Both the position numbers and the translations under genes were made by a program. A DNA stretch of 64,000 nt from a virus. Taxonomy: Duplodnaviria; Caudoviricetes. The notes beneath the pieces are model-generated. The model did no database searches, was not told where the DNA came from, and worked only from the letters and a program-made list of their open reading frames with translations. Location of the stretch: positions 128,001-192,000 of IMG/VR virus record IMGVR_UViG_3300005077_000001; one strand, given 5' to 3'. Positions 36,452 to 46,965 of the stretch are shown here, piece by piece (position 1 is the stretch's first letter; the number at the start of each line of letters is the position of its first letter).

Positions 36452-38082
36452 TGGCGGTCCAAACTTATTGGGATGAAATAGACGTTACCACATCAGGTGT
36501 TTATGCATCAACTGAACTTAATATGGCTCATACACAAAGTCAACTCTATGGTCAAGGCACATCTTCTGTATTAATAGGCTCTGTACCTCCTTCAGTTCCT
36601 TTTAATATAACAAGTGCAAATTGCGATTTGAACGTGTGGATGAAGTCTTCAGGTTCTTCAACTTCTAGAATTATAACACTCCCTTCTGGTACTAATTTAG
36701 ATTGTCGTAGTGTGGCACGTTATTTAACTGAAAAACTTCATATGAGTATACCGGCGGGGAATCCAGAATGTTGGACTACTTCCTCTGTTGATTGGGTTAA
36801 CGATCATTTTGAAATTAAAAATGGGTGTGCGGGAGCAAATAGCCAGATAAAAGTACAAAGTACTTCAAATAGTGCTGCAACTACGTTAGGGTTTACTGAA
36901 GATGTTGTATATGATGGTACTGACCAAGGACGTAATTACTACGGGTATTATAGCTCTCAAGGTAGATTAACAAACGTATATTCTGGGAGCTGTGCCGTAG
37001 ATGGGACGTGTACATTAGGTGGTTATGATGAGTATACTATAACGGCTGTGGAAAGTGCTTTAGGTGGCGGAGGTGCTACTTTAATTGCTCATCCATCAGG
37101 CACATTTTCTGGAGATGTAACAATTGGAGGAATCTATAATTACCATAAAGATGCATATTTATATATGCACGTAACGGCGTCTGGTGGTAGTGCTTACGCC
37201 AATGGAATATCAACTACTTGTCCTCAATTATCTTGGTATATGATAACTCCTACAGCCTCTGGTGGTATAGATCCTTATCTCACTTCTATGTCAGGCACGA
37301 TACCTCTATTATTTCCAGATAGACCAGTGTTTGTTGGGGATAGGGGGCTGTGGGTTAAGTTCACTAATAACCCATTTGATACTCAAGAAGCTTGGACTAT
37401 TGAATGTTCTGGTATACAAAAAGGAGCAAATTATACTGCTGGTCAATCTGAACGTAAAATAATATGGAGTTCTTTAACTGGGGACATCGAATGGGAACCT
37501 CAAGATACTGCTACACCAGGTAGTTTTATAGACATAGGTAAATATGGGCTAACTATGTCCTTTGACGAAGCTTACCCTATTGAATCAGGTGATACATTTA
37601 GAATTAAAGTCCCAGGCCCTTCAGTATACTCTCATGATGTTACCTCTGTAAATTTGGGTAATATTACAGTATCAACAACATCTCGTGTATTTTGTACAAG
37701 ATTTGGTATTTTAAGTGGTGCAGTTTCTTTGGATAATGTTAAATTTGGCTTACTATCAGACGGCGGCATGTCTCAAAGAAATGGGGTAGACACTTATTTT
37801 AGTTATGGAACAGTAGGAGCTGGTCAAGAGGCCGTGGATGGTGATTTACATTGGCAATTCAGAAATGGAGTTGATAAAACTGATTTAACAGGTACACCTG
37901 TTTACTTATATGCAACTGATCCTGATTTACAAGAAGTTGCTAGTGCAGATGATTCTAAAACTATAGGTGTATCTTCGTACGAAGGACTCCAATCAGATTT
38001 TATTTGGAATGCAATTAGATTAGGAGCGGATGAGGCAGGCGCTAAGACGATTGCATATCGTATATATTTCGATTATTCGTAA
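36451..38082 (+). CDS. Virion structural protein (543 aa)
   Basis: G/S/T-rich. N-terminal shared module ending AATTLGF. Overlapping TAATG start. Confidence 0.5.
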   Translation: MAVQTYWDEIDVTTSGVYASTELNMAHTQSQLYGQGTSSVLIGSVPPSVPFNITSANCDLNVWMKSSGSSTSRIITLPSGTNLDCRSVARYLTEKLHMSIPAGNPECWTTSSVDWVNDHFEIKNGCAGANSQIKVQSTSNSAATTLGFTEDVVYDGTDQGRNYYGYYSSQGRLTNVYSGSCAVDGTCTLGGYDEYTITAVESALGGGGATLIAHPSGTFSGDVTIGGIYNYHKDAYLYMHVTASGGSAYANGISTTCPQLSWYMITPTASGGIDPYLTSMSGTIPLLFPDRPVFVGDRGLWVKFTNNPFDTQEAWTIECSGIQKGANYTAGQSERKIIWSSLTGDIEWEPQDTATPGSFIDIGKYGLTMSFDEAYPIESGDTFRIKVPGPSVYSHDVTSVNLGNITVSTTSRVFCTRFGILSGAVSLDNVKFGLLSDGGMSQRNGVDTYFSYGTVGAGQEAVDGDLHWQFRNGVDKTDLTGTPVYLYATDPDLQEVASADDSKTIGVSSYEGLQSDFIWNAIRLGADEAGAKTIAYRIYFDYS

Positions 38083-38117
38083 GAATTAACAATAACTTAT
38101 AAAAAAAGGAGCATCAA

Positions 38118-38378
38118 ATGAGATATAGCTATTCAGTTGAAGCAATACAATTAAAGGATGCAGTTTACGATAAGGATGGGAAAAAGTTAGCTGATAAAGG
38201 AGACTTTTTAGTTATAGATAATCATGAACAATACTATACGTCTAAAGAAGAATTTCAAAGGAAATTTTATGCGTCATCTTGTAATATTTCGGTACCTACG
38301 TATAGTTGGACTCCTATACGGTATAATAATGAAAACCTTATGTTCAATAGGTTCAATAGTATAAGCCATATGGTGTAA
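38118..38378 (+). CDS. Small hypothetical phage protein
   Basis: AAAGGAG RBS. ADKGDFLV...QYYTSKEEF..KFY resembles a common small phage protein pattern. Confidence 0.45.
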   Translation: MRYSYSVEAIQLKDAVYDKDGKKLADKGDFLVIDNHEQYYTSKEEFQRKFYASSCNISVPTYSWTPIRYNNENLMFNRFNSISHMV

Positions 38379-38381
38379 AGA

Positions 38382-39050
38382 ATGGAAAGAACATATCCTA
38401 GAGAAATAGAATTAACTGATGATCAATATGCTTTGATAGATAGAGTAAGGGATCGTATTGGTGATTCTATTATGTTTAAACATGAGTATATGGATGCTTC
38501 ACAATCTGCTGTGAATGCTAAACTAGTTGCTGGTGGCATGTCTTACTATGACCCTGTTAATTTTTATTGGCCTTATAATATAGTGGTAAACGGGACAACT
38601 TATTCAGGGGTAACAAACCCTTCAGTTTCCCGATATCAATACTTAGAATTTACTACTGTTAGTGGTGGGGGGACTTTAAAGGGAAAAGTTATTGATTTTG
38701 GACTAGAAACATTTAAGTTGTCAGATAAAACAATTTGGAATACCTATCAAAATGTAGACTTAACTGGATTAGTAACAGTTCCTGAATACATAACTGACTA
38801 CATGATATTTTTAAAATGTTGCTTAGATTTATGTAAAATATTAAGAACACGACTAGTAGGAAGTAACTATTCATATACTGAAATAGTAGATGCTGATACT
38901 AGATTTACAAAAGATGCTTCACGTAGTGGAGCAGACCCTTATAAGGATTTGTATAGTAATATTGAACAAGAATTAAATGCAATAATAGATTCTTGTAATA
39001 GGCAGCCTTATACTGGAGGGATAAGAATTGAAGGTGGAGGTTTTATGTAA
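38382..39050 (+). CDS. Putative head-tail connector/neck protein
   Basis: N-terminal LIDRVRDRIGD resembles the R.hIGD motif of head-tail adaptors. Confidence 0.45.
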   Translation: MERTYPREIELTDDQYALIDRVRDRIGDSIMFKHEYMDASQSAVNAKLVAGGMSYYDPVNFYWPYNIVVNGTTYSGVTNPSVSRYQYLEFTTVSGGGTLKGKVIDFGLETFKLSDKTIWNTYQNVDLTGLVTVPEYITDYMIFLKCCLDLCKILRTRLVGSNYSYTEIVDADTRFTKDASRSGADPYKDLYSNIEQELNAIIDSCNRQPYTGGIRIEGGGFM

Positions 39051-39409
39051 TGTATAATTTAATACAAGGAAAACTAGAAAATGTAGCTTATAAGATAAAA
39101 GGGACAATATTTATTCTCAAACGAAATATAAAGATTACATACCAATTTTATAAGACTCTAAAGAAATATGGATATCACGAAGCAAAGCATATTATTGAGG
39201 ATTACACTACAACAAAAGAATGTATTCCAAAATACAGGGATATGTGTAAGTTTTTATTTGATAAAAAAACTAATAATAAAAGTGATATTGAATTAGTAAA
39301 GCTATCAAAATTATCTGATACAATGGACGCTGATAGTCTAGATTTTCATAATGAAATGAAAAGGAGATTTAAAGAACGTCTTAATACCCCGGCTTATAGA
39401 AAGGCATAG
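39050..39409 (+). CDS. Hypothetical protein
   Basis: 119-aa coupled ORF. Confidence 0.45.
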   Translation: MYNLIQGKLENVAYKIKGTIFILKRNIKITYQFYKTLKKYGYHEAKHIIEDYTTTKECIPKYRDMCKFLFDKKTNNKSDIELVKLSKLSDTMDADSLDFHNEMKRRFKERLNTPAYRKA

Positions 39410-39410
39410 T

Positions 39411-39734
39411 ATGATGAGAGGATGGGTAGTTAAATACATTGATGGTGAAATAATATCTGAGTGGGAGTTTAATCAACCATTCAGATTCCTTCCCCGTCAA
39501 CATGAAATACAATCGGTGGCTTTATTCTGGAATCCTAAAAAGTATTGGGTATTCTCAGATAAGAAGCATTATTTTGAATCAAAGAAAGGTATGTTCTTAA
39601 TGGGAGTTCCTAGCCCGGAAGGTGGTTTTATTGTATCTAGGTCCATAGGTTATTATGAAGGAAATAAGAAAGTTACATGGACTGTAGATGAATCAACAGG
39701 AGTATTAAATGAACCAGAAATCCAGGAGTTCTAA
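39411..39734 (+). CDS. Hypothetical protein
   Basis: 107-aa coupled ORF. Confidence 0.45.
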   Translation: MMRGWVVKYIDGEIISEWEFNQPFRFLPRQHEIQSVALFWNPKKYWVFSDKKHYFESKKGMFLMGVPSPEGGFIVSRSIGYYEGNKKVTWTVDESTGVLNEPEIQEF

Positions 39735-42700
39735 TGCCATCTCATTTAAAGTTTCGTATAAAACATCCAACGGAGACAACACACTGTAATCTAAACGACT
39801 ATCCACCAGACCTAAAAAAGTCATTAGAAGATAATAAAGTAATAAGTCCTAACGATTATAATATAACAAACAGTACTTGTGCTTTCTTAATGAAGTTTGG
39901 CTTTGAAGGAACAGTTCCTACAGATAAAGTCTTTTATGGTGATTCAGCCGGTAGTCAAGCTAAGTCTATCTATTTATGCGGGATTAGATTTTCTACTAAA
40001 AACGTTCTTTTAAAACCTTCCGAAACTAATAATCCAATCGTAGAAGAGGATAAGTATTTTGTTAGTGGAGCAAAAAAGGTAGAAGATTCTGATGAATTAA
40101 CTAATATAAAAAACTACTCCTATTATAAAGATATTTTTATTTGCAAATATATTGATAAATGGACAGCGAAATCAGAAATAGGTCCGAATAATTTAGTTAA
40201 AGCATGCATGTGTAATTGTTATTGCCCTCGTGGTGGATTGGGGGCTGGATTTAATACACAGAATTATGATGGTGCTCTTAAAGATATAGGGGCATTCAAC
40301 ATGGATTCCAATAATGTTTTGTATGACCAGCTAAAAGACGGGGATGCACGACTAGTTAGAAGAGCATATTCAGGCCCTATATTAAAGAATCTCCCAAAAG
40401 ATAAAAAATTATTAAATGAACCTAGAACACTAAGTTATTTGTATATGATGCTAAATGCCAGAGCTTCAGTTATGAGTTGTTGTTATTGGAATAATTCCCA
40501 GGTTCTAATTTATCAACCTAACTGGTTTAGAACAATAGATTTGGCATACGCTAAACTAAATGCCCGAGTAAATGATAAGATAACTAAACAAATGGTTGGT
40601 ACTGACCTCATAGAAAACTATACATACATCACTAGCGATTATTATCCACAAACTGACGAAGACTATGAGGTTAAAAATAGGCTATTAAATAGAAATTATG
40701 ATTTTACTTTACCTAATACACCTACAGGGAATAATGCTAGAATTCTTATTTCTTTAAAAGAAGAGATTACAGGTGGATTAGTAAAAAACGATAATAAATC
40801 AGAGCATTGTGCTAAATACAACAATTGGCATTATCATAACGAAGGCTTTTTTTGCCCAGAAAACTGTGCTCATCCTAACTATGAGGTTAGGTATAAGTGG
40901 GGTTGTGTTTGCAATGGAGGAGGAGCATTTTCTTTAGATGACCAGATAGCTTGTCCTTATTACCACAGCCCTATAGCTGGAGATAAAGATGCTGAATTAA
41001 ATTCTGCTCTCACTAAACTTTACCCCGGTGATTATGTATCTGCTGCTGCTATTCTTGAATTAATGTGGTTGTCTAAAGGAGGATTTCCTTGGACACAAAA
41101 AGAATGGGAAGCAAGATGGAAGATTCCTTACATATGGGTTACCCTTCCATATTCCCCTATAGATATAAATGAATGGGGTCAGAGAAAACCAACTACGCAA
41201 TCTATTTATACTGAGGATGGAATACCTAAAGATGTATTCTATTATAATGATGCAAATCAAAGATATAAACAAGCGATGTACGTTCCTAGAATTATTTCTA
41301 AAAAAGTAAGTGTGGATTATCAGACAGGTGTAATAAAGAGAAGTGCTGCATACGCGTTACCAGGAGGAAGTTTAACAGCATTCAAAGTAAGTAATGATGG
41401 GGCAGTAGTTGATGATGCAAAAAAACCAGATTTCCCTACTTTTATAAATTCTTTAGTTTTAGATTCTTTAAGTAGTGTTTCCATATATTTTCCAAGAACA
41501 GATTTTACTATAGGTCTTGTAACTCCTGATGATATAGAGGGGATGAAAGCTTATGTTAATTTAAGACAAAAGGCACATAATGTTCCATATAATAAATTAA
41601 TTTGGAGTGAAAATGGGGCATACACATTAGTATTAGGTACAGCAAGAGGAAGGTTTGAAAAAGTATATTGTTTAAATACCGCTTTCTTATTAGGTGATTG
41701 GCTAACTACTTCAAAATTAGATTTGATTTTAACTGGTAGTACATCTTATCTAACACGAGAGAATCAAGATGTAATAAGAAAACTATTTGATGACTTAATT
41801 AAAAATGATTTGAATACTGATAGGATGTGTTTAGGGAGAACTGATGCATTTAAAGTATATGAGATGTCTGATACAGATTCTACTTTTATTTTTAGGGATG
41901 TGCCCCTAAATTTACTTGTGGATAAAAATATAATTTTAATATTAGCACAAGACCAATACGCTAAATGGATTGTTGATTGGGTATATGTTAGACCTCAATT
42001 TAGACACGCTTGGACTTACCAAAAGGAGACTACCTTATTAAGTGATTGGAAAAATTGGAATGGAAGACCTAGGTATGTAACAAACAACGATAAGGTACAA
42101 GTAGGTAAAGCAACAGATAACGATAAAAAATATTTAAAAATACCAGAAAAATCTGGAATTACCAAATGGCAATATTTTGATATTTCAGTTCCTAATTTAA
42201 CAGATTATGCTGATGATTCACCAGAAGCTAAAGCAAAACAATCTACTAATTCTCCATACTCTTATGGGGATTTAGAACCTTATATGACGTACCAGCCTAT
42301 TTATGCGAACCAAGCAACAATTTATGATAGCAGGGAAGACTCAAGCTTACAATCTACTCTTGGTGCTAAACTAGGGGGTATAGGTGTTACTGTTGCTTCG
42401 GGTAATGAGAACGGAGCTATTCTACCCTCAGATTTAGAATCTTATTTACAAAATGTAAAACCTGGGAATGGGGGAGAAGTTGGCAACACCACTTGGTATT
42501 CTTTGTCTGCTTGTTCTCCTTATGTAGTTATTGTTGCTGACCCCACTATATTTAGTATACAAAATGAACCTATGGTTTTTAGTATGACAGCCTCAATAAA
42601 AGATGAGAAGGGAAATGTAACAAGTAATGTTCCCTTGATACCAGTTGCTTATACACAAGTTAATCGAAAGTTACCTGCATATGCCGAAAAGAAATCAAAT

Positions 42701-45700
42701 TCGGATACTTCTTGGAAAACTCCCTCTAATTTATATTTTTGGGATTATGGAATATGTGATGACCCAGAAATAAATGCTCCAGTTAAAACAATTAAAAGTA
42801 ATGGGGACGTACAAATAGACAATCCGTTGATTAATCTACTAATTGAAGAAACAGATACCCATAATTGGATAATCATTGCAAAAGCTATAAGTCTGGATAC
42901 ATCAGAAGTACCTACTTGGTTAGATTATCTGATTGATAAGCCTAGTAAAGTTGTTAATGCAGATTCTGTTATACTGATGAGGTCAAATACAGATTTATAT
43001 ATGCAATATGCTTATATTAAAAATAAAAAGTATACGGATTATGGAGCATCAGTTGAATGGGATGATGATAGTTGTGAAACTGCTATAACTCCTAATGCCC
43101 GTGGTAATATATACCGTACTTTATTTAAATATAAACCTTGGAATAATGATTTTAAAGTAGATAGTCTAGAGGAAGTTATTTGTGGAGCTAAAACATCCCA
43201 TGCATTATGGCCTTACCATCGTATAGGGTGCAGGGACGTAGAAATTAATTATAGTTGGGCAAACTATGTGTATACATACCAATGTCTTCCTTATCATCTA
43301 TATTGTGTTGGTCCACGTACAATATACGGGCCTATTCAACCTTTTGTTGGTAACCAAATTTCTGGAGATCCAAGAAATGCCAATTTAGTAGGTAAATACT
43401 TGGTTATGTATAACAGCTGCTGTGGAGATCATGATTTTTCTCAATCTTGTCATTCATTTCATGGTTCTTTATACTATCCCTATACAACAGGTTGTGATGT
43501 AATTCCAATGTACGATGTAATAAGTGATTGTTTATGGGATTTCAGTTATGCGCTGCCCTATGAATTAATACAAGAAATTAAAGCTGGAAAAGAACTTGCT
43601 CATGGGTTAGAGCGTTTACGTGGGCCAAGACAATATACCCCTACTTGTACAAGAGATCCAATTGTAGAGACTGGGTTTGCGATAAGCTATCCTTGTGTAG
43701 CTCAAAATATATATTTAAACACAATGCGTAGTGTGAAGCCTAACGCTTTTAACGGATTTGTTAGAACTAGGGGCCCAGTATATCAAGATGAAATGAAATC
43801 TATGTCCCCAGCTGGGAATGTAGGAATGATGCCAGGTTTTGGGAATGTAGGTAGAGAAATAAACGTGGTTTCATTAGATTATATGGTAGAAAAAGTTTTT
43901 ACTGCTAATGAAACTTCAAAGTATAGATATGAGCTTTTTGAATCTCCTCCTACTGAAGGAAAAAGGAGCGTACCGGTTCTGACTCATAAAGCAATTAATC
44001 CTTATTTCTATTATGTTATGTCTGATCCAGTATTTGGAGAAACTTTTAATCCAGATTCTACAACTAGTTTTACTACTAAGGCTGACAAGTTATTAAAAGA
44101 AGGGTATGAAAAAACTATAGCTTATAATAACCCAGATCTCTTTATTGACGATGTAGTTCATTGGGCATGGCCTGAAAATGAACGAGATAAGCTTAGAAGA
44201 GGAGTTAATCACGCAATAAAATATGAGGGGAATACCACTTCTAAGCCCGGTCTACAAATTAATTCTATTATGGATGTATCTATACCTCCTTATATAACTA
44301 ATAACTATAATGGAGATATATCTTTAGGTCCTACTATAAGTAAAGATGACACCAAAACTTATTGTCATTACTTACTGTATGCTAAATCTGAATATTATGA
44401 CCCCAAAACAAATACTTATCATAAGCCAATAATTGGTTCAAAAGAACTAGGAGTGTCTCCTAATATTTCTCAGTTAGATGAAAAAAGTATTGATATAGAT
44501 TTAAAATATGAAGTATTAGATACAGGAGAATTGGATAATTCAGAAATTGAAGGCAGCCAGCATCTAAATAATACTCTATCAAATGCGGCTAACTTTATTA
44601 CTAGTAAAGAGCAAAGTTATGTTTATACTAGTGATACTGTTCCAATTTTAACAATTAATGGATCTGAATTAGCTACTAAAAAACCGACTGTTACAAAAAA
44701 AACTAATAGAAATTATTTAATTGAATATGAATTAACAAATATAAATTTAGGAAAAGATATCTTAAGATCTATTAATTTAACATTTAATAGTAAAGTTTTA
44801 ATGTGGTCTTCTAATGATACAGGAACAGTTGCTTTAAAAGTTACTACAAAAAGTCATAGTGGAGGAGATGAGATTACAAAAAATGTCGGGTTTGTAACTA
44901 ATGCGGAAGGTATTTCAGTATTATTAAATTATAAAGATATATTTACAGAAGGGAAGGCAGATATAAAACTTTCTTTTGATGTAAAAGAATGGTATGGTAT
45001 ATACAGTAGAACTGATACTGCCTCTTTCTCTTATAGCCCAGAAACTCCTTCTAGTGGGTATGCAACCAACACTACTCAATCATTTTATGATTCTCAAGCA
45101 CCAACTATAGAGTCTTCCTTTTGGACTAAGGGAGATATGGAAGACGCGATTTCAGAGATAAAAATATATGCTTATAAAAAAGAAGGTTTTTATCCTGGTT
45201 TAAATATCAGGAATGTAAACTCAAACCATCTAGCTAAATATCCAGTATCTACTCCTGTTAGTAGTAATAAATTAAATACATCTTTTAAAATACAACAAGG
45301 TTATAAGTTAATTTCATTAGAAAGTACTAATGCAGAATTGAATATACATGGGTCTGTTTATAAGGTGGATTATGAATTGAAATCTGATTTTATAAAAAAT
45401 GAAAAAATGTCAATGATTGTAGATTTTACTGGGGCTACAGTTAAGGATTTAGTCACTACTAGCGTGGTAAATATTTCTTCTGATTCTACCGAACTAGTTA
45501 CTAAAACGGTAAAAATAGATTTTCCACTAGATACTACTTCTTTATCTTATATACTAGATTTTGATATGATAGTTGATATTAACTATAAGACAAAAATAAA
45601 TTGTATTATAGAATCAGCAACTCAAGGTTTTTCTCCCACAACGGATATACTTAAAACAAATGATAAAATAATAAAATTTAAAGACTTAAATAAATTGAAG

Positions 45701-46957
45701 TTAAGTGATGTTGTAACATCAATGAAGTTTACTATACTTAAACCTGGAGAAGAAGGAGAAGTAATTCGTGTTGATAAAACAGGCTTTTGGTATTCATTAG
45801 GAAATAAATGTAAAAGAGGAAATAATGAATTTAATTTTTATTCTGAAAGTAAGAATGAAGATTACCAAATTAAATGGGCTACCAGTATGATAGGAAATTC
45901 TTCTTATGGTAGTAATATTAACATGCCTATTATGATTGATTCTTCTACTGATGTATCTACTGGGTTATTGGTTGAAGGACTTAGCCCAGGTACTGAAATT
46001 GGTTCTATCTATCCTAAAGAATTTGCTCCACCTTATCCTAAAGGTGAACTGATATTAAAAGGTAATTCTTATATCTTTGATGTACAATATAAAGATGGAT
46101 GGGATGTTACGAAGGAAAAAGCAGAGAATAATGAGTACACTTTTAATGTTATCGGAGGAGATGCTAAAGATGTTACTGGCAAATATGAATTATATCAAAA
46201 AGAATTATGGGAAAAAGCAAATAAATTAAGAGAAGAAACCCAAACACAATTTCTAATAGAGGCTTTAATTCCAATGCAAGACTGGTATCCTATATGGGTA
46301 TTAACTGGTGGAAAGTACATAGAAGAACGAAGTATTGATTTAGACCAGATTGCTTTTAGAACCAATAAACGTAAGCCTTTGTATTATGACCAATTAAAAG
46401 AATATAGAGAAACTAATTGTGAATTTAATTGGTATAGGTGGAAATGGGAAGAAGTTTTGGATTGGTCATTTAATAGTGAAGAACGTAGAAGATATGGTCC
46501 AAAACCAGACGGGGCTGTGGGTGAATATGCAGGAGGTAAACCAGAGTGGAGTCCTCCTGGGCATGCTATAGGGTATACCCCCTCGTCTCCTATCACAATA
46601 AATTATTTTGGTGTTTCGGAAACTATTGAATGGACAGTTCTATATTTTAGTCTTCATAAAACAATGTCTGCTTGGAATGACTTATTTCAGGTTCCTTGGG
46701 CATATGACCAGATGTCTCAAGAATTTAAAGAAGCAATGGAAGGCTATGGGGACTTATCAGAGGCTAACGCTTTAAACGCAAGATACCAGGAATACTTAAA
46801 TAAAGAATATTTTTGGATGTTTAGAAACAGAGACTATATCATTAGGGGGCATGGTTCGCCAAATAATTATTATAATGTTTGGATGTCTAGAACGTCTATG
46901 GAAATGACTGGAGTTCCATTTATGTCATTCGCCAGATTAGATGAAGTATTATTTTAA
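39734..46957 (+). CDS. Giant virion structural protein (2407 aa) with Cys clusters
   Basis: Uninterrupted ORF in the structural operon, AGGAG RBS. No catalytic motif recognised. Confidence 0.5.
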   Translation: MPSHLKFRIKHPTETTHCNLNDYPPDLKKSLEDNKVISPNDYNITNSTCAFLMKFGFEGTVPTDKVFYGDSAGSQAKSIYLCGIRFSTKNVLLKPSETNNPIVEEDKYFVSGAKKVEDSDELTNIKNYSYYKDIFICKYIDKWTAKSEIGPNNLVKACMCNCYCPRGGLGAGFNTQNYDGALKDIGAFNMDSNNVLYDQLKDGDARLVRRAYSGPILKNLPKDKKLLNEPRTLSYLYMMLNARASVMSCCYWNNSQVLIYQPNWFRTIDLAYAKLNARVNDKITKQMVGTDLIENYTYITSDYYPQTDEDYEVKNRLLNRNYDFTLPNTPTGNNARILISLKEEITGGLVKNDNKSEHCAKYNNWHYHNEGFFCPENCAHPNYEVRYKWGCVCNGGGAFSLDDQIACPYYHSPIAGDKDAELNSALTKLYPGDYVSAAAILELMWLSKGGFPWTQKEWEARWKIPYIWVTLPYSPIDINEWGQRKPTTQSIYTEDGIPKDVFYYNDANQRYKQAMYVPRIISKKVSVDYQTGVIKRSAAYALPGGSLTAFKVSNDGAVVDDAKKPDFPTFINSLVLDSLSSVSIYFPRTDFTIGLVTPDDIEGMKAYVNLRQKAHNVPYNKLIWSENGAYTLVLGTARGRFEKVYCLNTAFLLGDWLTTSKLDLILTGSTSYLTRENQDVIRKLFDDLIKNDLNTDRMCLGRTDAFKVYEMSDTDSTFIFRDVPLNLLVDKNIILILAQDQYAKWIVDWVYVRPQFRHAWTYQKETTLLSDWKNWNGRPRYVTNNDKVQVGKATDNDKKYLKIPEKSGITKWQYFDISVPNLTDYADDSPEAKAKQSTNSPYSYGDLEPYMTYQPIYANQATIYDSREDSSLQSTLGAKLGGIGVTVASGNENGAILPSDLESYLQNVKPGNGGEVGNTTWYSLSACSPYVVIVADPTIFSIQNEPMVFSMTASIKDEKGNVTSNVPLIPVAYTQVNRKLPAYAEKKSNSDTSWKTPSNLYFWDYGICDDPEINAPVKTIKSNGDVQIDNPLINLLIEETDTHNWIIIAKAISLDTSEVPTWLDYLIDKPSKVVNADSVILMRSNTDLYMQYAYIKNKKYTDYGASVEWDDDSCETAITPNARGNIYRTLFKYKPWNNDFKVDSLEEVICGAKTSHALWPYHRIGCRDVEINYSWANYVYTYQCLPYHLYCVGPRTIYGPIQPFVGNQISGDPRNANLVGKYLVMYNSCCGDHDFSQSCHSFHGSLYYPYTTGCDVIPMYDVISDCLWDFSYALPYELIQEIKAGKELAHGLERLRGPRQYTPTCTRDPIVETGFAISYPCVAQNIYLNTMRSVKPNAFNGFVRTRGPVYQDEMKSMSPAGNVGMMPGFGNVGREINVVSLDYMVEKVFTANETSKYRYELFESPPTEGKRSVPVLTHKAINPYFYYVMSDPVFGETFNPDSTTSFTTKADKLLKEGYEKTIAYNNPDLFIDDVVHWAWPENERDKLRRGVNHAIKYEGNTTSKPGLQINSIMDVSIPPYITNNYNGDISLGPTISKDDTKTYCHYLLYAKSEYYDPKTNTYHKPIIGSKELGVSPNISQLDEKSIDIDLKYEVLDTGELDNSEIEGSQHLNNTLSNAANFITSKEQSYVYTSDTVPILTINGSELATKKPTVTKKTNRNYLIEYELTNINLGKDILRSINLTFNSKVLMWSSNDTGTVALKVTTKSHSGGDEITKNVGFVTNAEGISVLLNYKDIFTEGKADIKLSFDVKEWYGIYSRTDTASFSYSPETPSSGYATNTTQSFYDSQAPTIESSFWTKGDMEDAISEIKIYAYKKEGFYPGLNIRNVNSNHLAKYPVSTPVSSNKLNTSFKIQQGYKLISLESTNAELNIHGSVYKVDYELKSDFIKNEKMSMIVDFTGATVKDLVTTSVVNISSDSTELVTKTVKIDFPLDTTSLSYILDFDMIVDINYKTKINCIIESATQGFSPTTDILKTNDKIIKFKDLNKLKLSDVVTSMKFTILKPGEEGEVIRVDKTGFWYSLGNKCKRGNNEFNFYSESKNEDYQIKWATSMIGNSSYGSNINMPIMIDSSTDVSTGLLVEGLSPGTEIGSIYPKEFAPPYPKGELILKGNSYIFDVQYKDGWDVTKEKAENNEYTFNVIGGDAKDVTGKYELYQKELWEKANKLREETQTQFLIEALIPMQDWYPIWVLTGGKYIEERSIDLDQIAFRTNKRKPLYYDQLKEYRETNCEFNWYRWKWEEVLDWSFNSEERRRYGPKPDGAVGEYAGGKPEWSPPGHAIGYTPSSPITINYFGVSETIEWTVLYFSLHKTMSAWNDLFQVPWAYDQMSQEFKEAMEGYGDLSEANALNARYQEYLNKEYFWMFRNRDYIIRGHGSPNNYYNVWMSRTSMEMTGVPFMSFARLDEVLF

Positions 46958-46965
46958 GGTGCTAA

